Shown in pieces: positions 1-10,957 of a DNA stretch of 64,000 bases. Both the position numbers and the translations under genes were made by a program. Origin of the DNA: an uncultured Aureispira sp. (GTDB lineage: Bacteria > Bacteroidota > Bacteroidia > Chitinophagales > Saprospiraceae); NCBI GenBank assembly GCA_905480075.1, contig CAJQOX010000088.1:7675-71674 (forward strand), in the 5' to 3' direction. The notes under the pieces were generated by a model. It was given only the letters and a program-made list of their open reading frames with translations. It did not search any database and was not told where the DNA came from. Within the stretch, counting starts at the first letter, position 1. Each line of letters opens with the position of its first letter.

Positions 1-1
1 C

Positions 2-625
2 GGACAGATTGTTCAAAGGGTAATGCCGGTTATCAATAGGGTGTATAATGATAAGTCTACTAATTATATCAAAATTGGTATCCCCTTTACGGATGGGAAC
101 AAAGGAATGGAAATTGGCGCAGACCTGAAAGATGCTATTGAAACAAATGGTAAATCCTTGGTAAAAGATCTTGAAAAATCAATCACACTCGGATTGATCG
201 ACAATGCTTGGAAGGAACACCTGAGAGATATGGATGAATTGAAAGATCAGACGCAATCTGCATCTTTTGAACAAAAAGACCCTTTGGTTATTTATAAAAT
301 TCAGGGGTTTAAATTGTTCGAGTTGTTTATGGATAGAATCAATAAAGAGGTAACAAGCTTTTTGTTTAAAGGTACTATCCCTATTAATGATTCTGAAACT
401 ATTCAGGAAGCCCAGGAAATAGAATATGATAATGAAGACTTGAAAACGAATATTGAACAGCAGAAAGAAATGGAGGAAATGCAAAAAAAAGCTGCTGCCA
501 ATGCTAATACTCAGGTAATAGAAAAACCTAAAACTTTTAAAAGGGATTCCGCTAAAGTAAAACGAAATGACCCCTGCCCTTGTGGAAGTGGTAAGAAATT
601 TAAACAATGTCATGGCAAAAAATGA
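2..625 (+). CDS. secA: Preprotein translocase subunit SecA, C-terminal fragment (5' end lies outside the window)
   Basis: The frame is open from the window edge. It ends with the SecA-type zinc-binding tail [16 protein letters not shown] and is followed by a strong terminator. Confidence 0.85.
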   Translation, partial: GQIVQRVMPVINRVYNDKSTNYIKIGIPFTDGNKGMEIGADLKDAIETNGKSLVKDLEKSITLGLIDNAWKEHLRDMDELKDQTQSASFEQKDPLVIYKIQGFKLFELFMDRINKEVTSFLFKGTIPINDSETIQEAQEIEYDNEDLKTNIEQQKEMEEMQKKAAANANTQVIEKPKTFKRDSAKVKRNDPCPCGSGKKFKQCHGKK

Positions 626-650
626 TTTGTTGCCAAAACTTTATATGATT

Positions 651-684
651 AAAAAAAAGCTGCTTTATTAAGCAGCTTTTTTTA
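651..684 (+). terminator. Rho-independent terminator after secA
   Basis: Stem GCTGCTT (659-665) pairs with AAGCAGC (670-676) around loop TATT. The stem is flanked by an A-run and a T-run. Confidence 0.8.
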
Positions 685-1039
685 TTTTAAATAGTACTGA
701 TTTCTGAGTTGTTGCTTTGATGGTAACGCACCTGTTGTATTCAATTTATTTCCTCTGTTTTTATGTGTTTTTGTAACTTTTTATCCCCTTCCATTTATTG
801 GTAATGGCCTCCTTTTGTAATAATTATTTTTTTTTATGAAAAAAAAAATAAAAAACAAAAGCTAGCATTTATCAGTGTTTGAGCCTGTTTTTTATGTTTT
901 TTTGTCAGCCCAAAATAAAAATGGCACGCCTTTGGAATTATGTAAGGCAAATGAATGAATTTACCGGCCACGTAAATCTGATCGAAAAAACAATTTAATA
1001 GGTTTTGTTTATAACCTTCAAATAACAAAAACACAGCTT

Positions 1040-1846
1040 ATGAAAAATCATGAAATAAATTCTGAAAAAGAAAAAAAGAACAGAAAGAAAGGTCTTGCTA
1101 TAACTATGTTTGTACATTTTACTGCTATCGCTTTAGCATTTTTCCCGCTGATGAGTGCTTCAACTGAAATAGAGTTAGCTGAAAATACCATCGAATTTGT
1201 TGAATTGCAAAATCTAACCTTTGAAGAGAATGAAGTTGATTTTGTTGTCAATGCAGAAGATAAAGTCAGGAAAAATGAATCGAGTGAAGAATCGAAATCA
1301 AAAGAAGAAATTGATAAACCGGAACCTACACCAACTCCTGAACCTGCTCCGGATCCGAAACCTGTAGAGGTTGTTGAAGATAATGAAACACCGGTGGTCT
1401 CCGGAGAAAATATTAAGGCTACAGAAGTTAAAACCGTAGAAACGCCCAAAGTGGAGCCGACAGAAGATCCTACTCCGGTTGTTTCTAACCCTTCAGGAAA
1501 TATCTCGGATGATAACAGCCCTGGAGGAACAGCAAATAATAATACAAATGCTTCCGGTGATGGTGGCAACGATGATGACTTGCAGGAAGGTGTTTTTGGA
1601 AGGAAAGTTATGAAAAGACCTAATATCAAAGGTTTGACAAAAGAAAAAGGAAAGGTGGCTATTAAGGTTTGTATCAGTCAGCAGGGGACAGTTATTGCTT
1701 CTAAGTACTTGCCCAAATTTACAACCCTTAAAGATCCTCAGTTAATTGCTTCTGCTATGAGAGCAGTAAGATATTATAAATTTGATGTCGATTATTCCGC
1801 ACCAAAAAAACAATGGGGAAAGCTTACTTTTATCTTCGATATCTGA
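1040..1846 (+). CDS. TonB-like energy transducer
   Basis: N-terminal membrane anchor (LAITMFVHFTAIALAFFPL), a Pro/Glu/Lys-rich spacer (KPEPTPTPEPAPDPKPVEV) and a C-terminal ~80 aa resembling the TonB C-terminal domain. Confidence 0.6.
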   Translation: MKNHEINSEKEKKNRKKGLAITMFVHFTAIALAFFPLMSASTEIELAENTIEFVELQNLTFEENEVDFVVNAEDKVRKNESSEESKSKEEIDKPEPTPTPEPAPDPKPVEVVEDNETPVVSGENIKATEVKTVETPKVEPTEDPTPVVSNPSGNISDDNSPGGTANNNTNASGDGGNDDDLQEGVFGRKVMKRPNIKGLTKEKGKVAIKVCISQQGTVIASKYLPKFTTLKDPQLIASAMRAVRYYKFDVDYSAPKKQWGKLTFIFDI

Positions 1847-1881
1847 TTAGCAAAAAGAAAAATTTAGCGTGTTTTGTTTAT

Positions 1882-1915
1882 AAAATCCGTAAACCATTGG
1901 TTTGCGGATTTTTTT
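1882..1915 (+). terminator. Rho-independent terminator after the TonB-like gene
   Basis: AAAATCCGTAAACC (1882-1895) pairs with GGTTTGCGGATTTT (1899-1912) with one G-U pair, then a T-run. It overlaps the ORF-track start at 1902 of the next gene, which argues for the later ATG. Confidence 0.75.
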
Positions 1916-2021
1916 AATATACCTGATTGAAAATATTTTATTTAAGACGGTCTGTGTAAAATTATTTTTTTTATTTCTTACCTTCATGTTTACCAGTTTT
2001 AAAAATAGCTTTAGTAATAAC

Positions 2022-3314
2022 ATGGAAGCCAATTCAAAAATACCTGACTACCTTTTTATTTTGCTGATGATCCTCTTGTTTGCTCCTTTGCTTCAAAGTA
2101 ATTTGAATGTTATTAAAACCAATAAACTTTATGGACATATAAAAGAGGTTCAGAATAGTACAATAGGTTATAAAGGCTGGATGTCAGGGGATTATCAAAG
2201 CCAAAAAGAAGAATATCTTAAAAATAACTTTGGTTTTCGTAATTGGGCTATTCGCCTTGATCATCAATGGGCTTATTCTGCTTTTCGGAAACCTAAGGCA
2301 TGGGCCGTAATAGGTAAGGAAAGCTATTTGTATGAACCTATGTATATTGATGAAAGAAAAGGATGGGGGTATCTCGGAAATGAAAATATTGGGAGATTGG
2401 CAAAAAAAATTAAAGCGGTAGAAGATACTCTTAATGCACTGGGGAAGGCTTTCTTTTTTGTTATTACACCTAGTAAAGCCGATTATTTCCCTGAATATAT
2501 ATGGGAAAAAGATCAGAGGAAGAAGGATAATGTCCCTACTAATTATGGTACGCTTAAAAAGGAAATGATCAGAAATGAAGTGACATTTCTTGATTTTAAT
2601 AAATGGTTTTTGGAAATGAAAGATACTATTCAGTATCCACTGTTCCCTAAAACAGGAATTCATTACTCTGATTATGGTGCAGCAATATCCGCAAACCGTA
2701 TTATTAAAGAAATAGAACGCCAATTGGATAAAGACCTGCCCGAATTTGAATGGGATGAATGTAATTGTACTCCTAGTCTGAGTCGGTCAGACAGAGACCT
2801 GGAAAATATTTTAAACCTTATTTTTAGAATACCCAATCACGAAATGTGTTACCCCAAACATTATGTAAAAGAAAAAGGTAAATATAAACCGCGTTCTATT
2901 ACCATCAGTGACAGTTTCTTTTGGCAAATGATGTCTATGGGGATTTCTGAAAAAATATTCAATGAAGGTCAGTTTTGGCTCTATAACCGGGATGTTCACC
3001 CGGGAGGAAGGGCTTTTTCTGAAATGGATATGAATGCTGAACTGGAAAAAGCAGAGGTGGTTTTTATTATGGAAACTCCGGGAACTATGAAAAATCATTT
3101 AAACTCTTTTGTAAACGTTTTGTATGACTTTTATTTCAAAAAAGAAATTTCTTATAAGAATGAAAGTAAAGAGGTTGTTGATATTATAGAAAGGATCAAA
3201 GCGGATGATGCCTGGCTTAAAGCTGTAAAAGAGAAGGCAAATTCAATAGGTTCTCCTCTGAATGAGGTGCTGATAAATGATGCCAAATTTTTACTTAAAG
3301 AAAAAAAGAAATAA
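2022..3314 (+). CDS. Membrane-anchored hypothetical protein, possibly AlgJ/AlgX/DltD-like SGNH O-acyl transfer family
   Basis: The ATG at 2022 is followed by a single TM segment (IPDYLFILLMILLFAPLL). The motif KTGIHYSDYGA resembles the D-x-H-W..G-A block of AlgJ/AlgX-type proteins. The functional call is weak. Confidence 0.45.
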   Translation: MEANSKIPDYLFILLMILLFAPLLQSNLNVIKTNKLYGHIKEVQNSTIGYKGWMSGDYQSQKEEYLKNNFGFRNWAIRLDHQWAYSAFRKPKAWAVIGKESYLYEPMYIDERKGWGYLGNENIGRLAKKIKAVEDTLNALGKAFFFVITPSKADYFPEYIWEKDQRKKDNVPTNYGTLKKEMIRNEVTFLDFNKWFLEMKDTIQYPLFPKTGIHYSDYGAAISANRIIKEIERQLDKDLPEFEWDECNCTPSLSRSDRDLENILNLIFRIPNHEMCYPKHYVKEKGKYKPRSITISDSFFWQMMSMGISEKIFNEGQFWLYNRDVHPGGRAFSEMDMNAELEKAEVVFIMETPGTMKNHLNSFVNVLYDFYFKKEISYKNESKEVVDIIERIKADDAWLKAVKEKANSIGSPLNEVLINDAKFLLKEKKK

Positions 3315-3379
3315 TCCCGTTTTATTTCATTGTCTGTTCATACTGCTGAGTTGAAATTCTTTGCAGCTTTTTTTTATCT

Positions 3380-3387
3380 TAGATTTG
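3380..3387 (+). promoter_or_regulatory. Candidate Bacteroidota -7 promoter box (TAGATTTG) upstream of nadB
   Basis: Exact match to the TAnnTTTG consensus, 57 nt upstream of the nadB ATG. A TTG lies at 3361-3363 with rather short spacing. Confidence 0.3.
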
Positions 3388-3443
3388 TGTTACAGGTAAT
3401 AATTGAATTTTTGGGAATTTATAATAATTGAACAACCATTAAA

Positions 3444-5042
3444 ATGAAACAAATAGATGTTTTAGTAATCGGTTCAGGTGTAGCAGGACTGACCTTAGCT
3501 ATTAAAATGGCGGAAAGACATCCCGACAAAAAGGTCTGTGTCTTAACCAAAACTACAAAGGAAGAAAGCAATACCCGTTATGCACAGGGTGGCGTTGCTG
3601 CTGTCTGGAACTTTGAAACAGATTCCTTCGAAAAACATATTGAAGATACATTGGATGCAGGGGATGACCTTTGTGACGAAAATGCGGTTAATATTGTTGT
3701 AAAAGAAGGGCCTGAAAGGGTCAGGGAACTGATAGATTGGGGGACTCGATTTGATAAAAATACCGGACTTTACGACCTGGGAAGAGAAGGGGGACATTCA
3801 GAAAACAGGGTACTCCATTTTAAAGATCTTACTGGCTGGGAAATTCAAAGGGCTCTGAATGAAAAAGCTAAAAGCTACCCCAATCTTGAGTATTTTGATC
3901 ACTATTTTGCCATCGATTTAATTACTCAGCACCATCTGGGAAGACAGGTTACAAGACTCACTCCTGATGTGAAATGCTTCGGTGCCTATGTTCTTAATAC
4001 CCAAAATAAAGAAATAGAAACCTTTCTAGCTAAAGTAACAGTCTTGGCTACAGGTGGCGCCGGGCAGGTATATAAAACTACTACAAATCCATCTATTGCT
4101 ACCGGCGATGGAATGGCTATGGCCTACAGGGCGATGGCAAGAATGGAAAATATGGAGTTTGTTCAGTTTCACCCCACTTCGCTCTTTAACCCTGCTATCG
4201 AAAATCCTGCCTTTCTGGTTTCTGAGGCAGTAAGGGGCTTCGGCGCAATTATTAAAACTCCTGAAGGCGATGAGTTTATGGAGAAATACGACCCTCGTAA
4301 ATCATTGGCACCCCGTGATATCGTGGCAAGGGCTATTGATAACGAAATGAAAATGAGGGGACAGGATTTTATGTCTTTGGATTGTAGCCACCTCGAAAAA
4401 GATGCCTTCGTTGCACATTTTCCTACTATTTACGATAAATGTAAAAGTCTTGGAATTGACCCAATGAAAGATCTTATCCCGGTGGTGCCCGCTGCCCACT
4501 ATATTTGTGGGGGGGTCAAAGCAGATGAAATGGGAAAAACTTCTGTCGAAAACCTGTATGTCTGCGGTGAATGTAGTTGCACAGGGTTACATGGGGCTAA
4601 TCGACTGGCTTCAAACTCTTTGCTTGAAGGCCTCGTTTTTGCAGAACGGGTTGTTCAGGATATTGGAAAATGTATTGATCGTATTGATTTTCAAAAAGGT
4701 ATCTCCGATTGGGATGCAACAGGAACTACTGACCCAAAGGAATTGGTACTGATAACTCAAAGTATCAAGGAGTTGAAGGAAATTATGAGCTCTTATGTAG
4801 GAATAGTTCGTACTTCTGTTCGTATGAGAAGAGCATTCGACAGGTTGCATCTTTTGTATAGGGAATCAGAGAAACTTTATACAAGCACAACTATTTCTCC
4901 TCAGTTATGTGAACTCAGAAACCTGATCACTGTTGCCTATCTTATTACTAAGTCTGCAGCAATGAGAAAGGAAAGCAGGGGCTTGCATTTTACAACTGAC
5001 TATCCGGAAAAATATAATTTTCTGGAAATGACGTTGATGTAA
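3444..5042 (+). CDS. nadB: L-aspartate oxidase
   Basis: FAD-binding N-terminus DVLVIGSGVAGL, RYAQGGVAA, HPT motif, C-terminal RKESRGLHF. Length of 532 aa is typical. Confidence 0.9.
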   Translation: MKQIDVLVIGSGVAGLTLAIKMAERHPDKKVCVLTKTTKEESNTRYAQGGVAAVWNFETDSFEKHIEDTLDAGDDLCDENAVNIVVKEGPERVRELIDWGTRFDKNTGLYDLGREGGHSENRVLHFKDLTGWEIQRALNEKAKSYPNLEYFDHYFAIDLITQHHLGRQVTRLTPDVKCFGAYVLNTQNKEIETFLAKVTVLATGGAGQVYKTTTNPSIATGDGMAMAYRAMARMENMEFVQFHPTSLFNPAIENPAFLVSEAVRGFGAIIKTPEGDEFMEKYDPRKSLAPRDIVARAIDNEMKMRGQDFMSLDCSHLEKDAFVAHFPTIYDKCKSLGIDPMKDLIPVVPAAHYICGGVKADEMGKTSVENLYVCGECSCTGLHGANRLASNSLLEGLVFAERVVQDIGKCIDRIDFQKGISDWDATGTTDPKELVLITQSIKELKEIMSSYVGIVRTSVRMRRAFDRLHLLYRESEKLYTSTTISPQLCELRNLITVAYLITKSAAMRKESRGLHFTTDYPEKYNFLEMTLM

Positions 5043-5075
5043 TTGATTAATAATTTAAAATCGAAATATAGTCCG

Positions 5076-5756
5076 ATGACCAAACTTAGTAAACTCCAGA
5101 AATTTGCCGCAATCAAAACCTTCCCTAATGTCTATTCTTCCAAAAGCCATGACAGCAACCTGGTTGTAAATAGCAATGGTGTAGATATGGATATCAAAGG
5201 TAAATGGAATGAACATTTTAATAATGATGCTCCTTTGATATTGGAAGTGGCTTGTGGAAAGGGGCACTACGCAAGAGGATTAGGCAAAATGTATCCTTCT
5301 AATAATTATGTTGGTGTTGAACTCAAAGGAAACAGAATCTGGACAGGGGCCAATCAGGCACTTAAAAATAATGAAGAAAATGTGGCCTTCCTCAGAGCAA
5401 GAATTGAATTTATGGAATACTATTTTGCTCGGGAAGAAGTTGCTGAAATCTGGATTACTTTTCCCGATCCACAATTGGGAAAACCTAAAAAGCGAACCAC
5501 CTGCCCAAGATTCCTGGATGTCTACAGGAATGTCCTCAGAAAAGATAATAACCTGGTTCATCTGAAAACAGATTCTGATGAATTGTATCAATATACTCTT
5601 GAGGTTCTAAACGAGCAAAAAATTAATATCCTGTATCAAAATGATGATATCTATTCTAAACCCCTGGATTTTCCCGAGCTGGATATAAAAACTTTCTATG
5701 AAGAAATGCATCTCATAGACAACAGAACTATCAAGTATCTTCGTTTTACTCTTTAA
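5076..5756 (+). CDS. trmB: tRNA (guanine-N7)-methyltransferase
   Basis: SAM-binding LEVACGKGHY, GVELKGNR and ITFPDPQ..KPKKR blocks. The ATG at 5076 is preferred over the TTG at 5043, which abuts the nadB stop. Confidence 0.85.
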   Translation: MTKLSKLQKFAAIKTFPNVYSSKSHDSNLVVNSNGVDMDIKGKWNEHFNNDAPLILEVACGKGHYARGLGKMYPSNNYVGVELKGNRIWTGANQALKNNEENVAFLRARIEFMEYYFAREEVAEIWITFPDPQLGKPKKRTTCPRFLDVYRNVLRKDNNLVHLKTDSDELYQYTLEVLNEQKINILYQNDDIYSKPLDFPELDIKTFYEEMHLIDNRTIKYLRFTL

Positions 5757-5806
5757 TTACTCTTTTCATCTTTAATATGATTTATTGCCATTGGCTTTGA
5801 ATCTAA

Positions 5807-7081
5807 ATGCTTAGAATGAATTCAAAAATAACAGGGTTTTTAAATCGTTTTCCCAGAGTTCAGTTGGCCTTCCTGGCTTGTCTGATGTTATTTATTGGAT
5901 TGATATGCTCAAGATTTTTGATGACTTTATCCATGATTCTTTTTCTCGTTGCAGCGGTCATATCTCCCAACATGAAAGAGGATTTTAGTAAATTCAAAAA
6001 AAACAAGGCCTATTGGGCCACCTCAGGTATCTTTCTCCTTTTTGTTGTCAGTGCACTGAGTTCCTCAGATAGTACCGAAGCCTTTGTACGCATCAGAATT
6101 GCTTTGCCCTACCTGATACTGCCTCTTAGCTTTGCTTTATTACCTCCTTTTAGCGACAGACAGTTTAAGCAATTGTTGACTTTGTTTTTTTATGCCATGA
6201 TTGTAACCTGTTTTGGTGTGTTTATCTATTACCTGATGAATTATAATGAAATGCAGTTCAGGTTGTATGTCAGTCAGGCTATCTCTACTCCTAATAAAGA
6301 TCATATCCGTTTTAGCTTAATGATAAATCTCGCAGTATTTGCTTCGGTATGGCTGCTTAATGAAAAGTTCTTTCTGATAAAAAAATGGGAAAAATGGATC
6401 TTTATTTCAGGAATACTCTTTTTAGTTTTAATGCTGCATGTTCTTACTGTACGCAGTGGTATCCTGGTGCTTTATTCAGGAAGTGTTTTGATTGTACTCT
6501 ATTTTGTTATCAAAAAAAAGGCCCTTTTTTCAGGTCTTGTGATGTTTTTGCTTATTGCATCTCTTCCCTATTTGTCCTATCATTATATTCCTGGTGTCAA
6601 AACAAAGGTTAAATTGTCAGTTTATAATTGGAATAAGTATAAAAAATACAGAAAAACAAAAGACAAAAAGTACATTGAAGGTTTATCTGATACCCGAAGA
6701 TTACTTTCCTATGAAATTGCCTGGTCGATTGCAAAAAATAATTTGTGGACCGGCGTAGGCATCGGGGATTTGAAAAATGAACAGGCCCTGATCTACAAAA
6801 GGGATTACCCTGAACAGAAGGTGATGTATCCCCATAATTTTTTCCTTACGGTTCTTGCTTCTACAGGAGTTCCGGGCTTTTTGTTTTTTATCTTCTGCTT
6901 CTTCTTCCCGCTTTTTTACAGGAAAAACTACCGGAACCTCTTTTTTTTGTTGTTCTTTCTGACGGTCACTCTATCCTTCATAACGGAAAATACACTGCTT
7001 GTCGCCATAGGAGTGGCCCTGCATAGTGTTTTCCTACTCCTGAGCCTGAATAGTTTCGATGCCGGTAATATCGATGCTTAA
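5807..7081 (+). CDS. O-antigen ligase (Wzy_C) family membrane protein
   Basis: Polytopic membrane protein with about 10 hydrophobic segments. It has a large loop and a block ([25 protein letters not shown]) typical of O-antigen ligase-like proteins. Confidence 0.6.
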   Translation: MLRMNSKITGFLNRFPRVQLAFLACLMLFIGLICSRFLMTLSMILFLVAAVISPNMKEDFSKFKKNKAYWATSGIFLLFVVSALSSSDSTEAFVRIRIALPYLILPLSFALLPPFSDRQFKQLLTLFFYAMIVTCFGVFIYYLMNYNEMQFRLYVSQAISTPNKDHIRFSLMINLAVFASVWLLNEKFFLIKKWEKWIFISGILFLVLMLHVLTVRSGILVLYSGSVLIVLYFVIKKKALFSGLVMFLLIASLPYLSYHYIPGVKTKVKLSVYNWNKYKKYRKTKDKKYIEGLSDTRRLLSYEIAWSIAKNNLWTGVGIGDLKNEQALIYKRDYPEQKVMYPHNFFLTVLASTGVPGFLFFIFCFFFPLFYRKNYRNLFFLLFFLTVTLSFITENTLLVAIGVALHSVFLLLSLNSFDAGNIDA

Positions 7082-7449
7082 GCTTCCGTTAATTCAGAAA
7101 TTTCTGACAGTCTGTTTTTCTTGTTCGGAAATACTATGGTAGGTTTAAGGTTTTTTGCCTCTTCAGAGTTGACAAAGGCATAGGCTATAATAATAATAAC
7201 ATCTCCTACTTCAACCAGTCTTGCAGCGGCACCGTTCAGACAAATTACCCCCGAATCGGCTTCTCCTTTAATTACATAGGTTTCAAGTCTTGCCCCGTTG
7301 TTATTATTGACTACCTGAACGCGTTCCCCCTCAAGAATGCCGGATGCTTTCATAAGGGTCTCATCTATTGTAATTGAACCCACATAATTGAGATTGGCTT
7401 CTGTAACTGTTGCACAATGTATCTTTGATTTGAATAGCTGAAGAAACAT
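7078..7449 (-). CDS. panD: Aspartate 1-decarboxylase
   Basis: [29 protein letters not shown] contains the Gly-Ser self-processing site. The start is moved to the internal ATG at 7449. The 3' end overlaps the convergent gene by 4 nt. Confidence 0.9.
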   Translation of the reverse strand: MFLQLFKSKIHCATVTEANLNYVGSITIDETLMKASGILEGERVQVVNNNNGARLETYVIKGEADSGVICLNGAAARLVEVGDVIIIIAYAFVNSEEAKNLKPTIVFPNKKNRLSEISELTEA

Positions 7450-7550
7450 GTTTTTTGTTTTATGATTGACAAAATCTATATTTTCGCCACAAAGGTACAT
7501 TTCGACTGTTAATTATTGAAATACAAGAAGAAGAATATTCTGAAATTTCT

Positions 7551-7584
7551 AAAAATAAAAAAGAGCCTGTGGGCAACAGGCTCT
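7551..7584 (-). terminator. Rho-independent terminator downstream of the outer-membrane barrel gene
   Basis: AGAGCCTGT (7562-7570) pairs with ACAGGCTCT (7576-7584). A T-run follows on the minus strand. Confidence 0.75.
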
Positions 7585-7725
7585 TTGTTCTCAATCTTTT
7601 CAGTAGATATACTCTGCTAAAAAGGGTCTATGAATACTACTCTGATTATATAGATGCAACAGATTCTGATTTTGGTGTATTGCCGGAATTATTTTTTAAT
7701 ATATTTTTATGTATTCTTCAGACCC

Positions 7726-10476
7726 TCAGGATTTCCCTCCCATTTTATTGATCTTATAAGCCAGGGAAAGCATAAAAAATCTGCCCAGCATATTAGTTTG
7801 ACTTTCACCTATTATACCGTACCAACTATATCGCGAGACCTGAAAATCTTCATTCAGGATATTTTTGACAATAAATTCTATTTTTAATTTATCTCCTTTA
7901 AAAAAAGTTCTGTTTATATAGGCGGACCATACAGGGATAGCAATAGCATCTTCAAAACCAAGGTTGTCGTACACGTTTATCGAAAAATCAGTCCCGATAT
8001 TCCATTTTTTAGCAATACATACCCTAAGGTCTGACTTATATGTATGATTAATGTAGGTGACATTTAAGGAGTTGTTTAACTCGTTTATTGTATTGCCTAA
8101 ATATCCATTGGCAGAAACAGAAAAATCTACTATTTTTTTCTTTTTATTGCCAACCCTGAAATACAGTGAATATCCGTGGGTGAATTGTTCTGATGCTGTT
8201 TCGTTTATTTTTACAGGGAGTTGAGATAGATTGACACCTCCTCTGATATTGTACTTTATAATTTTTTTTATTTCTGAACTGTAGCCCATGTAAATTCCCC
8301 CGGAGTAACTCGTGCCCAGGTTTTCAGGCTGATATATAACGCTGAAGTTTTCATCTATCCTGCTTGTTCTTCTTATGTCGTCTTGAGTTATGTTCAGGTA
8401 GCCGTTTGTGTATAATGACGTGAATGTTGCCTGATCCCAATGATTATAGCCCATCCATATGTTGTGCCTGTAGCTTGGGTTCAGGTCCATATTACCCAAG
8501 AATAAAGATAATGGATTTTGATTGTTGACCATAGGTTGAAGTTGATTCAGAGTTGGCTCATTAATGTTAGTTCTGTAATTCAGGTATATGCTTTTAGTTT
8601 TTGTAAATTTATAATTGAAATTAATATTCGCCAGTGGATAATAATAGGTCCTTGATAAATTTGTAGCAGAGGATATGAGCATGCCTGTAAGCTGACTTCT
8701 TTGGATTCCTATACCAGTTTTGATAGTAGCTTTTTTGCCTTTGTGTTCAAATAAAGCTTTGAAATGCTGAAAGTTATAATGTTTGTAATAAGTGTCGGTC
8801 ATGCTGTCGTTAAGCACTTCTGTTAAGCTGAAAATGTCCTCTGCCATTCTATCGTTGTTTTCTATACTGACCCCTCCGGTAAGTTTGAATTGTAAAGAGT
8901 TTTTCTCTCCTAAAGGTTCTTTATAGAAAAACTGAGCACCATATACTTGTTTTGAGTTGCCGAGTTGCTGAATCTGATTAAGGCTGTCTATATGACTGAG
9001 TACACCGTTGTTATTATATATTTCAGTGTTTGATAAATTGTTGAAAATGGTATAATTATCCACATAGGCAAAGGCGATGTTTACTGAAAATACCCTGTCC
9101 TTTTTTTTGAAACTCCTTTTGTAATATAAATTCGAAATTACTCCCCTCCCGTTTAGTTTATTATCAGATATTTGAGTTAGTTTATTTTCAAGGGAGTCGT
9201 TGCTGCCGTAAGTTTCCTGAATGTTTTCTTTCTCGTCCTCCGAAATAGTCAGTTTTACCTTTGCCCGAAATTTGAATTCATGCGTGCTGTCTATCTTATG
9301 ACTGAACTTAGTGTTTATTACATGTCGCTGCGCATTTAGAATGTTGCTATTGTTTCCGTTTAGAGTATAATAGGTTTCAGGAGTAATAGATCGGTTGAAG
9401 CTCTTGTCCAGAGTAAATCTGTTTGCGTTTGTATATAAATAATGAAAACTCAGATCTGTGTTTTTTGAAAGAAAAAAATTGGCATTAATGCCTCCTGATA
9501 TTGATCTTGTTTCTCCTCCGTCACCACCCCATATCAAACTTATAACAGGGTCGTCCCAGTTGTTGCCTAGAGACATAGCAGAATTTCCTCTCATGAAATT
9601 GGAATAGCCTCCGGTCATATCTTCATAATCTTTATAGGAAAAACCGGATTCGTTGATGTTATTTGTTCCTCCTATCACAGAAATTCTCATAACAGGATTG
9701 AAGTAATTAAGACTTAAACGACCCTTGTACCTGTGGTCAGGATAGCCATAGCCTCCTTCAATATTTCCCATGAATCCTACTTTCTTATCTTCTTTTAAAG
9801 TCAGATTTAAAGTCTTTAATTCTTCATCTTCTTTTTCTTCTGTTTCAGCTTCTTTGTCTTTGTCATAAACATCAATCTTTTCTATTGCATCTGCAGGAAG
9901 GTTCTTTAATGCCATTTTTACATCTTCTCCAAAGAATTCCTTCCCATCCACCAAAATCTTTTCAACCTTTTTACCGTTAATTTTTACATTCCCATCTTTG
10001 TCAATTTCTACGCCAGGCATTTGTTCGAGTAGCTTTTCAACATCATCATGTGCCTGTACATTAAAGGCAGAGGAGTTGAATTCCAGTGTGTCTCCACGCA
10101 TTCTTATCGGAATATGTTCCGCTTCAACCTGTACTGATTCCATAAGATTCGAAGACTCTTCCATAATAAGGGTTTCGAAATCGTAGTCTTTGTCCAATTG
10201 TATGCTTCTTGTTATGGTATTGTATCCCATATAGGATATTTGAAGTATATATGTATTGTCTCTCTTTGCTTCCAGTTTGAATTGTCCTTTGTCGGAACTG
10301 AGCCCATAACTTGCAAAGGAGGAATCGGATTGATGTAGCAGTACGACTGTAGCAGCAACTAGTGGTGATGATTCTTTGTCTGTTAAAATACCTGTTATTT
10401 GATAGTTTTTTTGTGCCCTTAATTGATGGCTTATAAGTACTAATACTAAAATTGTTATCATTATACGAAAGGACAT
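7726..10476 (-). CDS. Outer-membrane beta-barrel family protein with an N-terminal carboxypeptidase-regulatory-like domain (TonB-dependent-receptor-like)
   Basis: Signal peptide, then ITGILTDKESSPLVAATVVLL (CarboxypepD_reg-like), a plug-like region (LEQMPGVEIDKDGNVKINGKK) and a long region of alternating beta-strand character. Confidence 0.65.
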   Translation of the reverse strand: MSFRIMITILVLVLISHQLRAQKNYQITGILTDKESSPLVAATVVLLHQSDSSFASYGLSSDKGQFKLEAKRDNTYILQISYMGYNTITRSIQLDKDYDFETLIMEESSNLMESVQVEAEHIPIRMRGDTLEFNSSAFNVQAHDDVEKLLEQMPGVEIDKDGNVKINGKKVEKILVDGKEFFGEDVKMALKNLPADAIEKIDVYDKDKEAETEEKEDEELKTLNLTLKEDKKVGFMGNIEGGYGYPDHRYKGRLSLNYFNPVMRISVIGGTNNINESGFSYKDYEDMTGGYSNFMRGNSAMSLGNNWDDPVISLIWGGDGGETRSISGGINANFFLSKNTDLSFHYLYTNANRFTLDKSFNRSITPETYYTLNGNNSNILNAQRHVINTKFSHKIDSTHEFKFRAKVKLTISEDEKENIQETYGSNDSLENKLTQISDNKLNGRGVISNLYYKRSFKKKDRVFSVNIAFAYVDNYTIFNNLSNTEIYNNNGVLSHIDSLNQIQQLGNSKQVYGAQFFYKEPLGEKNSLQFKLTGGVSIENNDRMAEDIFSLTEVLNDSMTDTYYKHYNFQHFKALFEHKGKKATIKTGIGIQRSQLTGMLISSATNLSRTYYYPLANINFNYKFTKTKSIYLNYRTNINEPTLNQLQPMVNNQNPLSLFLGNMDLNPSYRHNIWMGYNHWDQATFTSLYTNGYLNITQDDIRRTSRIDENFSVIYQPENLGTSYSGGIYMGYSSEIKKIIKYNIRGGVNLSQLPVKINETASEQFTHGYSLYFRVGNKKKKIVDFSVSANGYLGNTINELNNSLNVTYINHTYKSDLRVCIAKKWNIGTDFSINVYDNLGFEDAIAIPVWSAYINRTFFKGDKLKIEFIVKNILNEDFQVSRYSWYGIIGESQTNMLGRFFMLSLAYKINKMGGKS

Positions 10477-10957
10477 AGATTTTATGATGTTTAAGGTGAT
10501 ATTGTACAGATCTGTAATGCAGAGTCTTTGTTATTTGTTTTTTGTCGAATTAAATTAAAATGATGATTTCAGATTATACAATAAATTATATTTTGTAAAT
10601 GGGTTTTAATATTATGAATCCCACGGCCTTTTTTTAAATTTATTTAATTAATATATTAATGTCTTGTTTGGTCAAAGGTTACGCTTTTAAATGTGAAAAC
10701 ATTTTTTAGTAAACTGAAAACCCTCCCCTTTTATACAATGTATTTTCTTAATGATACTATATGATTTGTAGCGGAACTCTCTTTGTATGATTTTTTTAAT
10801 AAAAATTGAGATTAAATGACTTACTTGTAATTCGTTGTTTAGTAGTGTTTTGTAATTTTTATGTTTTTTTTGTTTATGTTTTTTACACAAAAGGTTAAAC
10901 AAAAAGCTTATTGCTTGTGTTATAGGTTTTATTGTTAATTAAAAAAACACATTAGTT

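Noticed and set aside
834-1034. Small ORFs in AT-rich intergenic regions (834-1034, 1847-2032, 7569-7887, 10687-10902, 48305-48508)
   Set aside because: They have low-complexity Phe/Lys/Ile-rich translations typical of AT-rich noncoding DNA. They overlap terminators or promoter regions and have no recognisable motifs.
1048-1629. 193-aa antisense ORF within the TonB-like gene
   Set aside because: The Ser/Thr/Gly-rich translation is the complement of the Pro/Glu/Lys-rich TonB linker. This is a typical shadow ORF.
1902-2021. ORF-track start at 1902 for the 470-aa protein
   Set aside because: The first 40 codons overlap the terminator hairpin and T-run of the upstream gene. The ATG at 2022 is followed directly by a plausible membrane anchor.
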